From assembly GCA_964350005.1 (NCBI GenBank), contig CAYGIK010000003.1, positions 1 through 33,709 on the forward strand: 33,709 nt of DNA, written 5' to 3'. Shown here piece after piece: positions 6,428 to 17,000 of this stretch (the first letter of the stretch is position 1; each line of letters opens with the position of its first letter). This stretch comes from an uncultured Candidatus Saccharibacteria bacterium. Its GTDB lineage: Bacteria; Patescibacteriota; Kazan-3B-28. The position numbers and the translations under genes are program-made. The notes beneath the pieces were generated by a model that was not told where the DNA came from, did no database searches, and was given only the letters and a program-made list of their open reading frames with translations.

Positions 6428-8905
6428 CTAAACCGCCAACTTAGTCCGCGTCCGCGAACGAGCGGAATTTAAGACCAGACTGTCATCCGCCTGCTCAACT
6501 TTGACCGTCGAGCCCTTGGTAAACTGTTTCGCCAAAATTCCCTCGGCCAACTTGTCTTCTATCATTGTTTGAATCAGTCTTCTAACTGGTCGCGCTCCCA
6601 GCTCCGGCTCGAATCCATGTTCCGCCAACCAACGCTCAGCAGCCAAACTTACATCCAATTTAATTTTTTGTCGGTCTAACCTCTTCATCAAATCATCCAG
6701 TTGCAGTTGGACAATTTTCCCGATTTCTACTGACCCAAGCGGTCTGAATACAACGATTTTATCGAACCTATTTATAAGCTCGGGACGAAATCTTTTTTTC
6801 ACCTCATCCAAAACTTGTTCTTTAACTTTGTCATAATCCTGCATATTATCCCCGCCACGGTTGAAACCCAGCACTGCTTGACGATTAAGCGCTTCTGTCC
6901 CGACATTAGAGGTCAAAATCACAATCGTATTCTTGAAGCTGACTCTTCTTCCTTTGGCATCAGCCAACGAACCATCTTCCAATATCTGTAGTAAAATATT
7001 CATCACTTCCGGATGAGCTTTTTCTATTTCGTCCATCAATACCACCGAATAAGGCTTACGCCGAACTGTTTCGGTGAGCTTCCCCGCCTCGTCATATCCA
7101 ACATATCCCGGAGGCGCACCTACCAATCTCGAAACTGTATGCCGTTCCATAAATTCACTCATATCAATCTTGATTAGTGCACCACGATCCTTGAAAACTT
7201 CTTCGGCTAACACCTTGGCCAATTCAGTTTTTCCCACACCAGTTGGACCTAAAAACAAGAATGAGCCCATCGGCCTATCGGGATTCCCGATATTCACACG
7301 AGAACGCTTAATGGCTGATGCCACCGCCTCCACCGCTTCGTCCTGCCCAACAAGCCTACTTTTTAAAACTTTATCCAAATCCTGCAGTCTCTCAATTTCA
7401 TCTGCCGCCAAGTTTCCTACCGGAATATTAGTCCACTGCGACACAACTTTGGCGATATCTTTTTCGTCCACTTTTGGCCAATCAGTCTTTTTGCCTTTGT
7501 TGTGCTGTTTTGAAAGCGCCTCAATTTTCTTCTTCAATCGCATTTCAGTAGCCCGTAATTTGGCCGCTCCTTCAAAATCTTGTCTATCAATCGCTTCTTC
7601 TTTTTCCACGACCACTTGGGCCAGTTCTTCTTTTTCTGCATTTGCCAATTCGGGCTGACTGATGCCAGCAGCAATTCTAACCGCCGATGCCGCTTCATCA
7701 ATCAAATCAATCGCTTTATCAGGCAAAAATCTGTCGTTGATATAGCGGACAGAAAGATTCACCGCCGCTTCAATTGCCTTATCAGTAATTTTTACTTTGT
7801 GATAGTTTTCGTAATTCTGCCCAACACCTTTAATAATTTTGATAGTGTCATCTGCTGTTGGCTCGCTTACCATTACCGGCTGAAAACGCCGTTCCAGAGC
7901 CGCGTCTTTTTCAATATGTTTACGGTATTCATCCAAAGTGGTCGCACCAATCATCTGCAGAGCCCCGCGAGCAAGCGCCGGCTTCAATATATTAGCGGCA
8001 TCCAGACTGCCCTCCGCACTTCCGGCACCCACCAATGTATGAAGTTCATCAACAAATAAAACAACATCCTTTGCCTTTGTCACCTCATCCACCATTTGAT
8101 TAATCCTATCTTCAAATTCTCCGCGATATTTTGTTCCTGCCACCATCGCTGATGGATTGATTGCCATAATTCTTTTAGTCTTCAAATTCTCCGGCACATT
8201 ACCGTCTTTTACCATCAATGCTAATCCTTCCACAATCGCCGTTTTACCAATACCCGGTTCACCCAAAAGGACAGGATTATTTTTTGTCCGCCGATTTAAT
8301 ATTTGAACCACTCGGGCAATTTCCTGATCACGACCAATTACCGGATCAATTTTGTCCTCCCGAGCCATCTTCGTAATATCCACACTAAATTGGTCTAGGA
8401 TTGGAGTCGTACTTTTGCTGTCACCACCATTTTCTGTCGCCCCAACTCGCACCCGTGGTTCACGCTCCCGATTGGATTCCATTAAAACTGCAACCTGTGT
8501 TGCTACTACTCCCGGATCAACTCCCAATTCTAATAAAATCGCATACGCACGACTTCCACGATTTTGTGCCATTGCGAATAGTATGTGTTCGGTCCCGATA
8601 TAAAAACTGCCGTACTGTGCCGCAACCAGTACTGATCCTTCAATCAGTCTTTTGGCATTATCCGTCAACCCTACTCGCTGGCCTACTCCCCGCTGTACTA
8701 ACCCCATCATCATTTCCACCCGTTCGGCACTAACACCCAAACTACTCAAAATCTCGTACGCCGAACCAGTATGGACATTAAGCATTGCAAAAAGCAAATG
8801 CTCGCTTCCTAAATGAGCATCACCCAAATCGCGAGCCAGTTTTTGGGCGTTGGTTAACACCTTCTTGGCGTTGGTCGTGAATTTGTCTAGAAAATAATTG
8901 TCCAT
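6428..8905 (-). CDS. clpC: ATP-dependent Clp protease ATP-binding subunit ClpC
   Basis: Double Clp_N repeat, two AAA+ modules ([16 protein letters not shown]), short middle domain with a UVR-like [10 protein letters not shown] motif. GGGGG SD-like element 7 nt before the ATG. Confidence 0.92.
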   Translation of the reverse strand: MDNYFLDKFTTNAKKVLTNAQKLARDLGDAHLGSEHLLFAMLNVHTGSAYEILSSLGVSAERVEMMMGLVQRGVGQRVGLTDNAKRLIEGSVLVAAQYGSFYIGTEHILFAMAQNRGSRAYAILLELGVDPGVVATQVAVLMESNREREPRVRVGATENGGDSKSTTPILDQFSVDITKMAREDKIDPVIGRDQEIARVVQILNRRTKNNPVLLGEPGIGKTAIVEGLALMVKDGNVPENLKTKRIMAINPSAMVAGTKYRGEFEDRINQMVDEVTKAKDVVLFVDELHTLVGAGSAEGSLDAANILKPALARGALQMIGATTLDEYRKHIEKDAALERRFQPVMVSEPTADDTIKIIKGVGQNYENYHKVKITDKAIEAAVNLSVRYINDRFLPDKAIDLIDEAASAVRIAAGISQPELANAEKEELAQVVVEKEEAIDRQDFEGAAKLRATEMRLKKKIEALSKQHNKGKKTDWPKVDEKDIAKVVSQWTNIPVGNLAADEIERLQDLDKVLKSRLVGQDEAVEAVASAIKRSRVNIGNPDRPMGSFLFLGPTGVGKTELAKVLAEEVFKDRGALIKIDMSEFMERHTVSRLVGAPPGYVGYDEAGKLTETVRRKPYSVVLMDEIEKAHPEVMNILLQILEDGSLADAKGRRVSFKNTIVILTSNVGTEALNRQAVLGFNRGGDNMQDYDKVKEQVLDEVKKRFRPELINRFDKIVVFRPLGSVEIGKIVQLQLDDLMKRLDRQKIKLDVSLAAERWLAEHGFEPELGARPVRRLIQTMIEDKLAEGILAKQFTKGSTVKVEQADDSLVLNSARSRTRTKLAV

Positions 8906-8924
8906 TTTCTACCCCCTTTATTAG

Positions 8925-10142
8925 TTAAGCTTCCGGCGTTTCAGGAGGTTTCTCGGCAGATTTTTCTATTGATTTCTCTACCACTTCTTCCGCCAATTTC
9001 TCTTCCTCCTCTTCTGCTCGCACCTGATCCCCTATAACTTCAACATCGAAGGAATTTTCATCAGCCGTTTCTTCCACTCCTGTGTTTGCCTTTTCAAAGC
9101 GACCCATTGCATGACTACCCTTCTCCACTTCAATCTGCCAACCAGCTAGTTTGCTAGCCAGTCTCACATTTTGACCCGCCTTACCAATCGCTAGTGATAA
9201 TTGATCTTCTTCTACTTTAATCAAAGCAGAGTGATTTCCCTCGTCCAAAATAACTTCTTTTATCTTGGCGGGAGATAATGCATTGATGATGTATTGTTTA
9301 ATATCTTCGCTCCACAAAACGATATCAATTTTTTCTTCGCCGATTTCAGCCATAACTGCCTGTACCCGAACTCCTCTGCGACCGACTAATGAACCAACCG
9401 GGTCAACCGCTTCCTGCAACGAATGCACCGCAACCTTTGAACGCACACCGGCTTCTCTGGCAACACCCTTAACCTCTACCGTTCCTCCGGCAATTTCAGG
9501 AACTTCCATTTCAAACAACTTCGCAATCATTTGCGGATGAGAACGAGATAACAACACTTGTGGCTCTTTACCTGAATCATCAACTTTTACAATGTAAAAT
9601 TTCATCCGCTGACCGGAATAGTAACGATCTGTTCGTGATTGTTCAGATGGGAACAAAATACCAGTCGATTTTCCGATATCTACCATCACCACATTTCCCT
9701 CCACCCGTTGAATCGTACCGTTAATCAGCTGACCTTCCTTTTCTTTATATTCTTGGAAAATCATTGTCCGTTCAGCTTCACGAAGTCTTTGCAAAATTAC
9801 CTGTTTGGCAGTCTGCGCCGCTACCCGTCCGTATTCCGCCGGAGGAAAAACTTCCTCACGAATCTCACCACCAATTTCTGCTTTTTTATCAGCCTTCTTA
9901 GCATCCTTCAAAGAAATTTCCTTTAGAGGATCTTCTACTTCTTCCACAATTTTGTGTACTATAAACAGCCGAGCCTTCTCGGATTTTGGGTCCATTTGCG
10001 CAACCACCAGCTGTTCCCTTTGACCAAAATCTTTACGGTAAGCCGCAGCCAATGCCGCCTCCACTGTCTCCAAGACAGCTTCTTTAGAAATCCCTTTTTC
10101 TTCCGCGATCTGCATGATCGCTGCCATAAATTCAGATGCCAT
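8925..10142 (-). CDS. nusA: transcription termination/antitermination factor NusA with an acidic C-terminal tail
   Basis: N-terminal domain (IAEEKGISKEAVLETVEAALAAAYRK), S1 domain (GTIQRVEGNVVMVDIG) and KH1/KH2 (VGRRGVRVQAV, AIGKAGQNVRLASKLAGW). Confidence 0.92.
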   Translation of the reverse strand: MASEFMAAIMQIAEEKGISKEAVLETVEAALAAAYRKDFGQREQLVVAQMDPKSEKARLFIVHKIVEEVEDPLKEISLKDAKKADKKAEIGGEIREEVFPPAEYGRVAAQTAKQVILQRLREAERTMIFQEYKEKEGQLINGTIQRVEGNVVMVDIGKSTGILFPSEQSRTDRYYSGQRMKFYIVKVDDSGKEPQVLLSRSHPQMIAKLFEMEVPEIAGGTVEVKGVAREAGVRSKVAVHSLQEAVDPVGSLVGRRGVRVQAVMAEIGEEKIDIVLWSEDIKQYIINALSPAKIKEVILDEGNHSALIKVEEDQLSLAIGKAGQNVRLASKLAGWQIEVEKGSHAMGRFEKANTGVEETADENSFDVEVIGDQVRAEEEEEKLAEEVVEKSIEKSAEKPPETPEA

Positions 10143-10266
10143 AAAATTCCTATTCCCTTTATCGATGGCATCCTGAATCTACCGAGGGGCTACCATCTTC
10201 TATTATTTCTATACTCATCATAAACCAGCAGGCTTGAGTATCAAACCTGCTACTAACAACATCTGG

Positions 10267-10295
10267 ACTATACTCTTTTGCTTTTCTCTAGTCAA
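10267..10295 (-). promoter_or_regulatory. sigma70-type promoter candidate for nusA (TTGACT - 17 nt - TATAGT)
   Basis: Minus strand reads TTGACT (10295->10290, overlapping the yraN stop), 17-nt spacer, TATAGT (10272->10267). This gives a ~118-nt leader containing the hairpin AGCAGG-N13-CCTGCT. Confidence 0.5.
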
Positions 10296-10635
10296 TCGCT
10301 TCAATCTCGGTAATTAACTCTGGCTCCCCTTCGCCTAAAATCGTCACTACCCCCAAGCCAACTGGTGCCCGTGGTCCCTTTTCTTTTCGAAAATTCTCCG
10401 CTACTAATTGCATCCGTTTCAACTTCTTTCTGGTTATCACCTCCGCCGGTGAACCAAATCTGACACTCCCTCTTGTCTTCACTTCAATCATCAGCAGTTT
10501 CTTGCCATCCCAAGCAACAATGTCCGCTTCCCCAAAGCGGCACCGATAATTTCGTTCCAGCAACCGCCAACCTTTACGCTCAAGCCAGTCTGTCGCTTTA
10601 TCTTCCCCCAGTTGTCCAATTGTACGATTAGCCAC
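10288..10635 (-). CDS. yraN: YraN-family (UPF0102) PD-(D/E)xK endonuclease
   Basis: GEDKATDWLERKGWRLLERNYRCRFGEADIVAW...LLMIEVKTR is the family signature. GTG start at 10635. Confidence 0.85.
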   Translation of the reverse strand: MANRTIGQLGEDKATDWLERKGWRLLERNYRCRFGEADIVAWDGKKLLMIEVKTRGSVRFGSPAEVITRKKLKRMQLVAENFRKEKGPRAPVGLGVVTILGEGEPELITEIEAID

Positions 10636-10662
10636 CCCGTAGAAGAATTTAGAAGATATGTC
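10635..10662 (-). promoter_or_regulatory. copy of the GATAT(A/G)TCTTCTAAATTCTTCTACGGGG motif abutting the yraN start codon
   Basis: 27 of 28 nt identical to 30133-30160 in the equivalent orientation. The last G of the motif is the first base of the GTG start. Confidence 0.6.
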
Positions 10663-10748
10663 TATTTGCTTGATGAAATGTCGTCATGCATGAGTATTTG
10701 ACCAAACAACTAGCCCTAAAGAACATCCTTAGTCAACGACATATCAAA

Positions 10749-11456
10749 TCAAGCGATTCTAAATTTCTCTGCGGGGCCAATAGTTTCTTGCGTTAATTTG
10801 TGATGCATCATCAATTTAACGGGCGCAAAGCTTTTTCGGTGTGCAGGACAAATTCCGTGCTTAGCAATTCGCTCTTGATGCAGTGCTGTACCGTAACCTT
10901 TGTGAATCGCGAAGCCAAATCGTGGATACTTTTGATGTAGCTCTACCATTAGTCTGTCCCGAACCACTTTTGCCACAATTGACGCCGCCGCAATAGATAC
11001 CGACTTTTGGTCTCCGTCGATAATACCGCTACTGGGAGCGGAAATGAAATTAACTTTGAACCCATCCACCAAAATAAAGTCTGGTTTTTTCTTCAACCCC
11101 TCAACCGCCTGTGCCATCGCAACATAGGTCGCCTGCGCAACTCCTAATTTATCAACTTCATCTACTTCAACCACCCCCACACCAACTGCCACTGCCAATT
11201 TCTGGATTTTAGAGAACAACCCATCTCGTTGAGAGGGAGTCAGCTGTTTTGAATCATTGATACCAGTATCTTTAGAAACATCAGTCGGCAAAATCACCGC
11301 AGCAGCAACCACCGGTCCGGCCCAAGAGCCTCGACCGGCTTCATCCACTCCAGCAACTAACTTAACTCCGGCTTCCTTCAGTGTCGTCTCCAGCTCCAGC
11401 GTCGGACTTGTCAGTGACTGTTTGCTTTTCCCTCGAGTTTTGCTCTTCTGTTCCAT
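10749..11456 (-). CDS. rnhB: ribonuclease HII
   Basis: VAGVDEAGRGSWAGPVVAAAV catalytic motif, SKQLT, DGDQKS.SIAAASIVAKV. GGAGGTG SD 5 nt upstream of the ATG at 11456. Confidence 0.9.
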   Translation of the reverse strand: MEQKSKTRGKSKQSLTSPTLELETTLKEAGVKLVAGVDEAGRGSWAGPVVAAAVILPTDVSKDTGINDSKQLTPSQRDGLFSKIQKLAVAVGVGVVEVDEVDKLGVAQATYVAMAQAVEGLKKKPDFILVDGFKVNFISAPSSGIIDGDQKSVSIAAASIVAKVVRDRLMVELHQKYPRFGFAIHKGYGTALHQERIAKHGICPAHRKSFAPVKLMMHHKLTQETIGPAEKFRIA

Positions 11457-12012
11457 TATTCACCTCCACCGAAGACTCGCTCTTTGCAGGATTAATACCC
11501 TCGTCCGAGGATTCAATATTTGGGATTTCTCCAACTGGTTCAATTTGAGCTTCTGCCGCTTTCTTTTCTTCATCAGCCTTAACCGCTTCAGCAATGTCTT
11601 CTTCGGTAGCTTCAGTTTTAGCTTCAGCGTCGTGACCCAATACTTCCGCCCATGCTTCTTTTTTAGTTGTGCTGCCTTTCAGCTTCAAAGCCTTACCAGT
11701 CAGCGCCCGCAAGAAATAAAGTTTAGACCTTTTAGCATTGGAGCTTTGCTTGAATTCAACTTTCACAACATTAGGAGAATGAAGCAAAAATACTTTCTCC
11801 ACTCCAATTCCAGAAGCAATCTTCCGTACGGTAAAACTGGCGTTTGCACTTTTGCCGTGATTGGTTGCAATCACGATTCCTTCAAACACCTGAATTCTTT
11901 CCTTGTTGCCCTCGCGGATTTTTTGGTGAACCCGCACCACATCACCCACTTCAATCTTGGGGACGTCGGACTTACGGAACAGTTTCAAAATTGGTTCAGC
12001 GATTAGATTCAT
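11362..12012 (-). CDS. rplS: 50S ribosomal protein L19 with a ~100-aa acidic C-terminal tail
   Basis: L19 core (GDVVRVHQKIREGNKERIQVFEGIVIA...FTVRKIASGIGVEKVF.LHSP) in the first ~115 aa. The ORF stays open to 11362 and overlaps rnhB by 95 nt. Confidence 0.88.
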   Translation of the reverse strand: MNLIAEPILKLFRKSDVPKIEVGDVVRVHQKIREGNKERIQVFEGIVIATNHGKSANASFTVRKIASGIGVEKVFLLHSPNVVKVEFKQSSNAKRSKLYFLRALTGKALKLKGSTTKKEAWAEVLGHDAEAKTEATEEDIAEAVKADEEKKAAEAQIEPVGEIPNIESSDEGINPAKSESSVEVNNGTEEQNSREKQTVTDKSDAGAGDDTEGSRS

Positions 12013-12057
12013 AACCTAAGTAGCCTATCAAAAGAGCGCCTCCAGCGCAAGGTTTTT

Positions 12058-12093
12058 ATGGAAAGGCCCCTGTTCATCCTTGAACAGGGGCCT
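12058..12093 (-). terminator. 13-bp GC-rich hairpin downstream of the hydrolase gene
   Basis: AGGCCCCTGTTCA-TCCT-TGAACAGGGGCCT at 12064-12093. On the minus strand it is followed by only a short TTTCC tract. Confidence 0.5.
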
Positions 12094-12099
12094 AAATGT

Positions 12100-14058
12100 T
12101 CACTTAGCATCAAACTCCGTTCCGCTTGCCCGCCAGACGGCAATCTGATCGAGCGTCATCGAGTCTTCGCCACTAGCGATAGTCTGAGCAATAGCTGCCA
12201 GATCCAATTGCCTAATGTCGTTCCCGATAACCACATACAGCCATTTCTCTTGACTGTCCATATCTACCAAAGTAGGTAACGGAATATGACCTTCCCTTAG
12301 AGCCTTATTAAGCTCCTTCATCCCCGCGGTCAGAGTTGCCCGAAGAACTCCCCACTTGCCTGTTATCACTGTGATAACAGAGTTGTTACCGCTGATTTTG
12401 AAAGCGAGCAGAACATCATCCGCAACTTTAATCGGATGGTTCACTTGGCTTTCCACCAACTTGGTTTTAGCAAGCGGGTAATCGCTGGCTTCCGTGCTAA
12501 CCCATCGCAGGTCAGCCCCACCCAATGAATTGGCAACAGCAAAGTATAGCTTGTTGCCCATAAACACGGGCGGATATTCCACCAGCAACGGCCCCTTTAC
12601 TAACACTTTCGCCAGCCCGCCAGTTGTCCGAAGCACCAAATTTCCGTTACTAAGAAAAGCTATTTTCCCATTTCCTACGGCCGCCAAGGAACTTATCCCA
12701 CCGTTGGTCAGCTGACCAACCTTACCATCAGTAGAAATAAAGACAATATCGTTGCCCCCCTGGTGCCACCAAGTTGCAATAATCCCGTCTCCCATCCACT
12801 GTGGCCAAGAGTATCTACCTTCCGGTAGATACAGCTTGCGCGGATTCGCAAATTGATCATCTGCTACCCAAATATTTCCATCCTCATCAACCCAAACCAG
12901 CCGAGCCTGCTTCAGCCCATCTGTTTGAGCTTTGGGAATATCAATCAACGGAACTTCCGGTAGAAACCAATCAAATGATTTTAGCTTTGGGTCATTATGC
13001 CGCAGAATTACTGGCAATAAACATTCCAGAACCTTACGATGCAAGTCTAGTCCGCCGTTTCCCTGCAGCATTTCCGAATGATCATGATTCTCTACCATTA
13101 TCGTATTGGCATCACCGGCAAACCCGGCACACCACGCCGATTCAAGCGGAACCATTCCGTCACTACCGCGTTTACACCCGCATTCTTCAATCAAACGAGC
13201 TCCTAGTGTATAAACCGGTCTATCCTGATTAGCGCCAAACGGTAGTTTTGAACTTCCCAACAGTGCCACTCCAATGTTCCGCGACATTAGACCCTTAGCG
13301 AGAGGTTGAATAGTACTGCCAAAAAGAAACCAGTCGCGAGTTAACGGATGCTCCCGATGTAGTGTCTGCAATTTCGAATTCGGTTTTAGCCATTCCGTTC
13401 CCGCAGTGTCCGATGGTAAACGAGGTTCTAGAAACTTCCACCACAAATCATGCAAATAAGGAAATACTTTCCAGACCACCTGTTTTACCTTTACTTTATC
13501 CGCCAATGGGCTACCAATATGCGGTGTGGCCAAAGTAATTACTCTGTCCACCTTTCGCCCATCAGTCTGCACCCAATAACAGAAAGCAACATTGCCACCC
13601 TTACTGTGACAAACCAGCGACAGTTTTTGACCAGCCTGCGTTAAATCGGAATTATTCTCGATTTTTGCATCTAGCCATTTGGCAACTTCGGGGTCGGCAA
13701 AACCAGAATTGTACCAGTAGCCGTACCACTTGGTATCGGCATATAGTTCTCTTCCAGTTTGTTCACGATAAAGCAGCTGACAGTTCGCAAGAAACAAAGC
13801 CGTCATCGTCTTTGATTCTGCCTCCGACGGACCGTCAGTGTCCTTTGAAGCGTTCATCCCCAGTACCATTACTACTGCGTGACGGTCATTCAGGGGCTTT
13901 TCGTCACTCAACTCCATGAAACGACCGTGAGCCCCTATCGCCTGCAACTTATCTACTGTGTTGTTCTGAATGATATTGTCTGGGACAACTGATGCCCAAA
14001 CAGTAGTGGCGGCCAACACGGCCAAACCACTCAACTTCAACGATAATAACTTGGCCAT
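12100..14058 (-). CDS. secreted alpha/beta-hydrolase (lipase/PGAP1-like) fused to a C-terminal beta-propeller-like domain
   Basis: Signal peptide. Nucleophile elbow LVCHSKGGNV, ITLATPHIGSPLAD, ENHDHSEM. The C-terminal ~280 aa carry repeated Gly/Asn/hydrophobic blade-like segments. I prefer the ATG at 14058 (AAGGAGGTG SD 8 nt upstream) over the GTG at 14067. Confidence 0.6.
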   Translation of the reverse strand: MAKLLSLKLSGLAVLAATTVWASVVPDNIIQNNTVDKLQAIGAHGRFMELSDEKPLNDRHAVVMVLGMNASKDTDGPSEAESKTMTALFLANCQLLYREQTGRELYADTKWYGYWYNSGFADPEVAKWLDAKIENNSDLTQAGQKLSLVCHSKGGNVAFCYWVQTDGRKVDRVITLATPHIGSPLADKVKVKQVVWKVFPYLHDLWWKFLEPRLPSDTAGTEWLKPNSKLQTLHREHPLTRDWFLFGSTIQPLAKGLMSRNIGVALLGSSKLPFGANQDRPVYTLGARLIEECGCKRGSDGMVPLESAWCAGFAGDANTIMVENHDHSEMLQGNGGLDLHRKVLECLLPVILRHNDPKLKSFDWFLPEVPLIDIPKAQTDGLKQARLVWVDEDGNIWVADDQFANPRKLYLPEGRYSWPQWMGDGIIATWWHQGGNDIVFISTDGKVGQLTNGGISSLAAVGNGKIAFLSNGNLVLRTTGGLAKVLVKGPLLVEYPPVFMGNKLYFAVANSLGGADLRWVSTEASDYPLAKTKLVESQVNHPIKVADDVLLAFKISGNNSVITVITGKWGVLRATLTAGMKELNKALREGHIPLPTLVDMDSQEKWLYVVIGNDIRQLDLAAIAQTIASGEDSMTLDQIAVWRASGTEFDAK

Positions 14059-14097
14059 ACCGGCCACCTCCTTTAGTTTTCAAAGTACAGCGTAGGC

Positions 14098-17000
14098 TTA
14101 TTTAAGAATTTGATTCAGCTCTCTTTCCAAGTCAGCTGATTTTACCGCTCGGGTGTTAGTCGCGACTTTCCGCCACCGACCATTACTGAAAACTTCCAGC
14201 ATTACTTTGAACTCACCCGGATATTTTTCTAGTGTCTGTTTCAACATTGCCAAGCGAGTATTGGTAAATGTCTTTGGCAATTTTATCAGCATTCCGTCGG
14301 CTGTATATTCAAATCTTTGAACGACAGACTGAATGAATTTCACAGGACTCTCTGCCCGCCTTGTCATCGCTGCCGCTTCTTCCAACTGTTTCAAATACGC
14401 GTTATTTACTTCATACGCCTCGCTAACTAAAATTTTAGGTTCGGTCAAAACAACAATACTTTCTCCCTGATTTTCCGTCTTCTCTTTGACCGTCACTTTG
14501 CCCGACACCAAAATCACTTTGTCACGCTCCCAAATACTTCGGTTATTATCCAAAACTCTTGGAAAAACTATTGCCTCAATCGTTCCCCCCAAATCTTCCA
14601 GCGTCACAAACAACATCGCATCTCCGTTCTTGGTAAATACTTTCTGAACTCGCGTCACTATCCCTGCCACTTTTGCAGTTCGACCATCATCCGCTCCAGA
14701 GAATGATGTAGTTGACTTTACTATGCCGGACAACCTCGGCATTATTTCCTTCAACGGGTGACGAGAAACAAATGTCCCCAGATATTCTTTCTCCCACGCC
14801 AACTTTTCTTGATCAGTTGCTTCCTCCGCCTGGGTCAGTTGAATTGTTTGCCGAGCCGCCTTCTCCGCCACCCCGAACATCCCCATCTGGTTTGAATTAG
14901 CTTGCCTCTGATGCTCTGTGGAAAAATTCAAAATCGAATCAATATTATTAAATAAAGTTTTTCTGTCTCCAAAATCATCAAGCGCTCCAGTAAGAATCAA
15001 ACTTTCCATCGTCTTACGATTAATTGCCTCACGCCCCGCTCGTTTTATAAAATCCGCCAAGTCCTGATACGCACCGTTTTTCTGCCGTTCATCAACTATC
15101 ATGTCGGATACTTTTTGCCCCACATTTTTAATAGCGTTTAACCCAAAAACAATATCACCCGTTTCTTTGACCACAGCGAAACCGGTAAAACTTTTATTTA
15201 CCGACGGAGGCAAAACCCGAATCTTCATATGCTCACACTCGGCAATGTCTTTGGCAATTCTTTCCAAATCCTGCTGATCTGATGTCATCAATGCCGCCAT
15301 AAACGCATTAGGGAAATGTGCTTTCAGATATGCTGTCCAGTAAGAGATTACCGCATAGCTAACAGCATGTGCGCGGTTGAAACCATACAAAGCAAACGGC
15401 TCAACGAAATGAAACAGCTGTTCCGCGATATCCGCTCTAACCCCATTAGCGATTCCTCCAGCAATAAATTTTTCCTTCTGTTCATTAAGAAGTTTTACAT
15501 TCTTTTTTCCAATCGCCCGCCGCAAAACATCCGCCTCACCCAAAGTAAATCCACACAAATCCCGAGCAATCTGTAATACCTGTTCCTGATACACCGCGAT
15601 ACCGTAGGTGTCCTTCAGGATTGGTTCCAGTTTGGGATGAAGATACTCAATTTTCTTGTGGCCGTGTTTTCTGGCAATAAAGTCAGGGATCAGCTCAATC
15701 GGACCCGGCCGGTAAAGTGCAATCATAGCGGCAATATCTCCGAACACGGTCGGCTTCAAGTCTTTTAAGTAGCGACGCATTCCGTCACCTTCTAACTGAA
15801 AAACACCTGCGGTATTAATTGCCGCAAGTAGAACGAAAGTTTTTTTGTCATCAAACGGGAGCTTACTCAAATCAATTTCCCGCCCATGAATTTTGCGAAT
15901 AATTCGTAAAGCATTTTTGATAATGGTCAGGTTTTTAAGTCCCAAAAAGTCCATTTTGAGAAGCCCGATAGATTCCAACGGATACATTGAATATTGGGTC
16001 ACCAAAATTTTATCGTCCGAGGGCGAATATTGAATCGGAGTGTAGTTGGTTAAATCCATATCCCCAATTACCACCCCCGCTGCGTGAGTTGACGCGTGCC
16101 GAATCGTCCCTTCCAATTTCATCGACAAATCCAAGAGTCGTTTTGCCACCTCGCTTCCTTCATAGATAACCTTCAACTCCTGCACACTTTCAACATGCTG
16201 TTTCAATGATGTAAATTTCCCTTGTTGAGGTGGCGGAATTAGCTTCGCAATTCTATCCACTTCGTTGTACGGCATTCCCAAAACTCGCCCAACATCCCGA
16301 ACTGCCGCCCGTGACGCCATTGTTCCAAAAGTGACAATTTGCGCCACTTTATCATTGCCGTATTTTTGTCTGACATACTCAATTACTTCCGCCCTTCTAT
16401 CATCAGCAAAATCCAAATCAATATCAGGCATCGACACCCGCTCCGGATTCAAAAATCTTTCAAATAATAATCCGTGTTCCAGCGGGTTCACTTCGGTAAT
16501 CCGTAATATATAGGAAACCATACTACCCGCCGCACTCCCTCTTCCCGGCCCCACCACAATTCCTTGGTCTTTTGCCCAATTCACAAAATCAGCCACCGTC
16601 AGCATGTAACCCTTATATCCCATTTGGGCGATTACCGATATTTCATAATCCATCCGTTCGCGCACATCAGCAGGAACACTGTCGCCAAACTTTACCTTTA
16701 AACCAGCTTCTACTTGCTCGGTAAAATAATCATCGATTGTCTTCCCGTCCGGTGGAACAAAGTTCGGGAACACCAGTTTGCCCATCGGAATTTCCAAATT
16801 ACACTTTTCAGCAATTTTTACCGTATTTTCAATCGCTTCTGGAACATGCTTAAACGCCTCAATAATTTCTGCCGGCTCACTTACATGATAATGTTCGTTC
16901 ATCATCGACATACGATTAGTGTCAGCCAATCGGGTTGCCGTCTGAACACATAGCAAAACATCCTGCGCTTCCGCATCATCTATATCCAAATAATGAGAAT

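Noticed and set aside
11257-12006. 249-aa plus-strand ORF, together with similar long antisense ORFs at 7074-7658, 7580-8059, 12801-13232, 23250-23726, 5755-6111 and 20131-20487.
   Set aside because: All lie antisense to genes with clear family signatures (rplS/rnhB, clpC, the hydrolase, the O-antigen-ligase-like gene, the yacL-like gene, leuS). Their translations are low-complexity with no recognisable motifs, so they are shadow ORFs.
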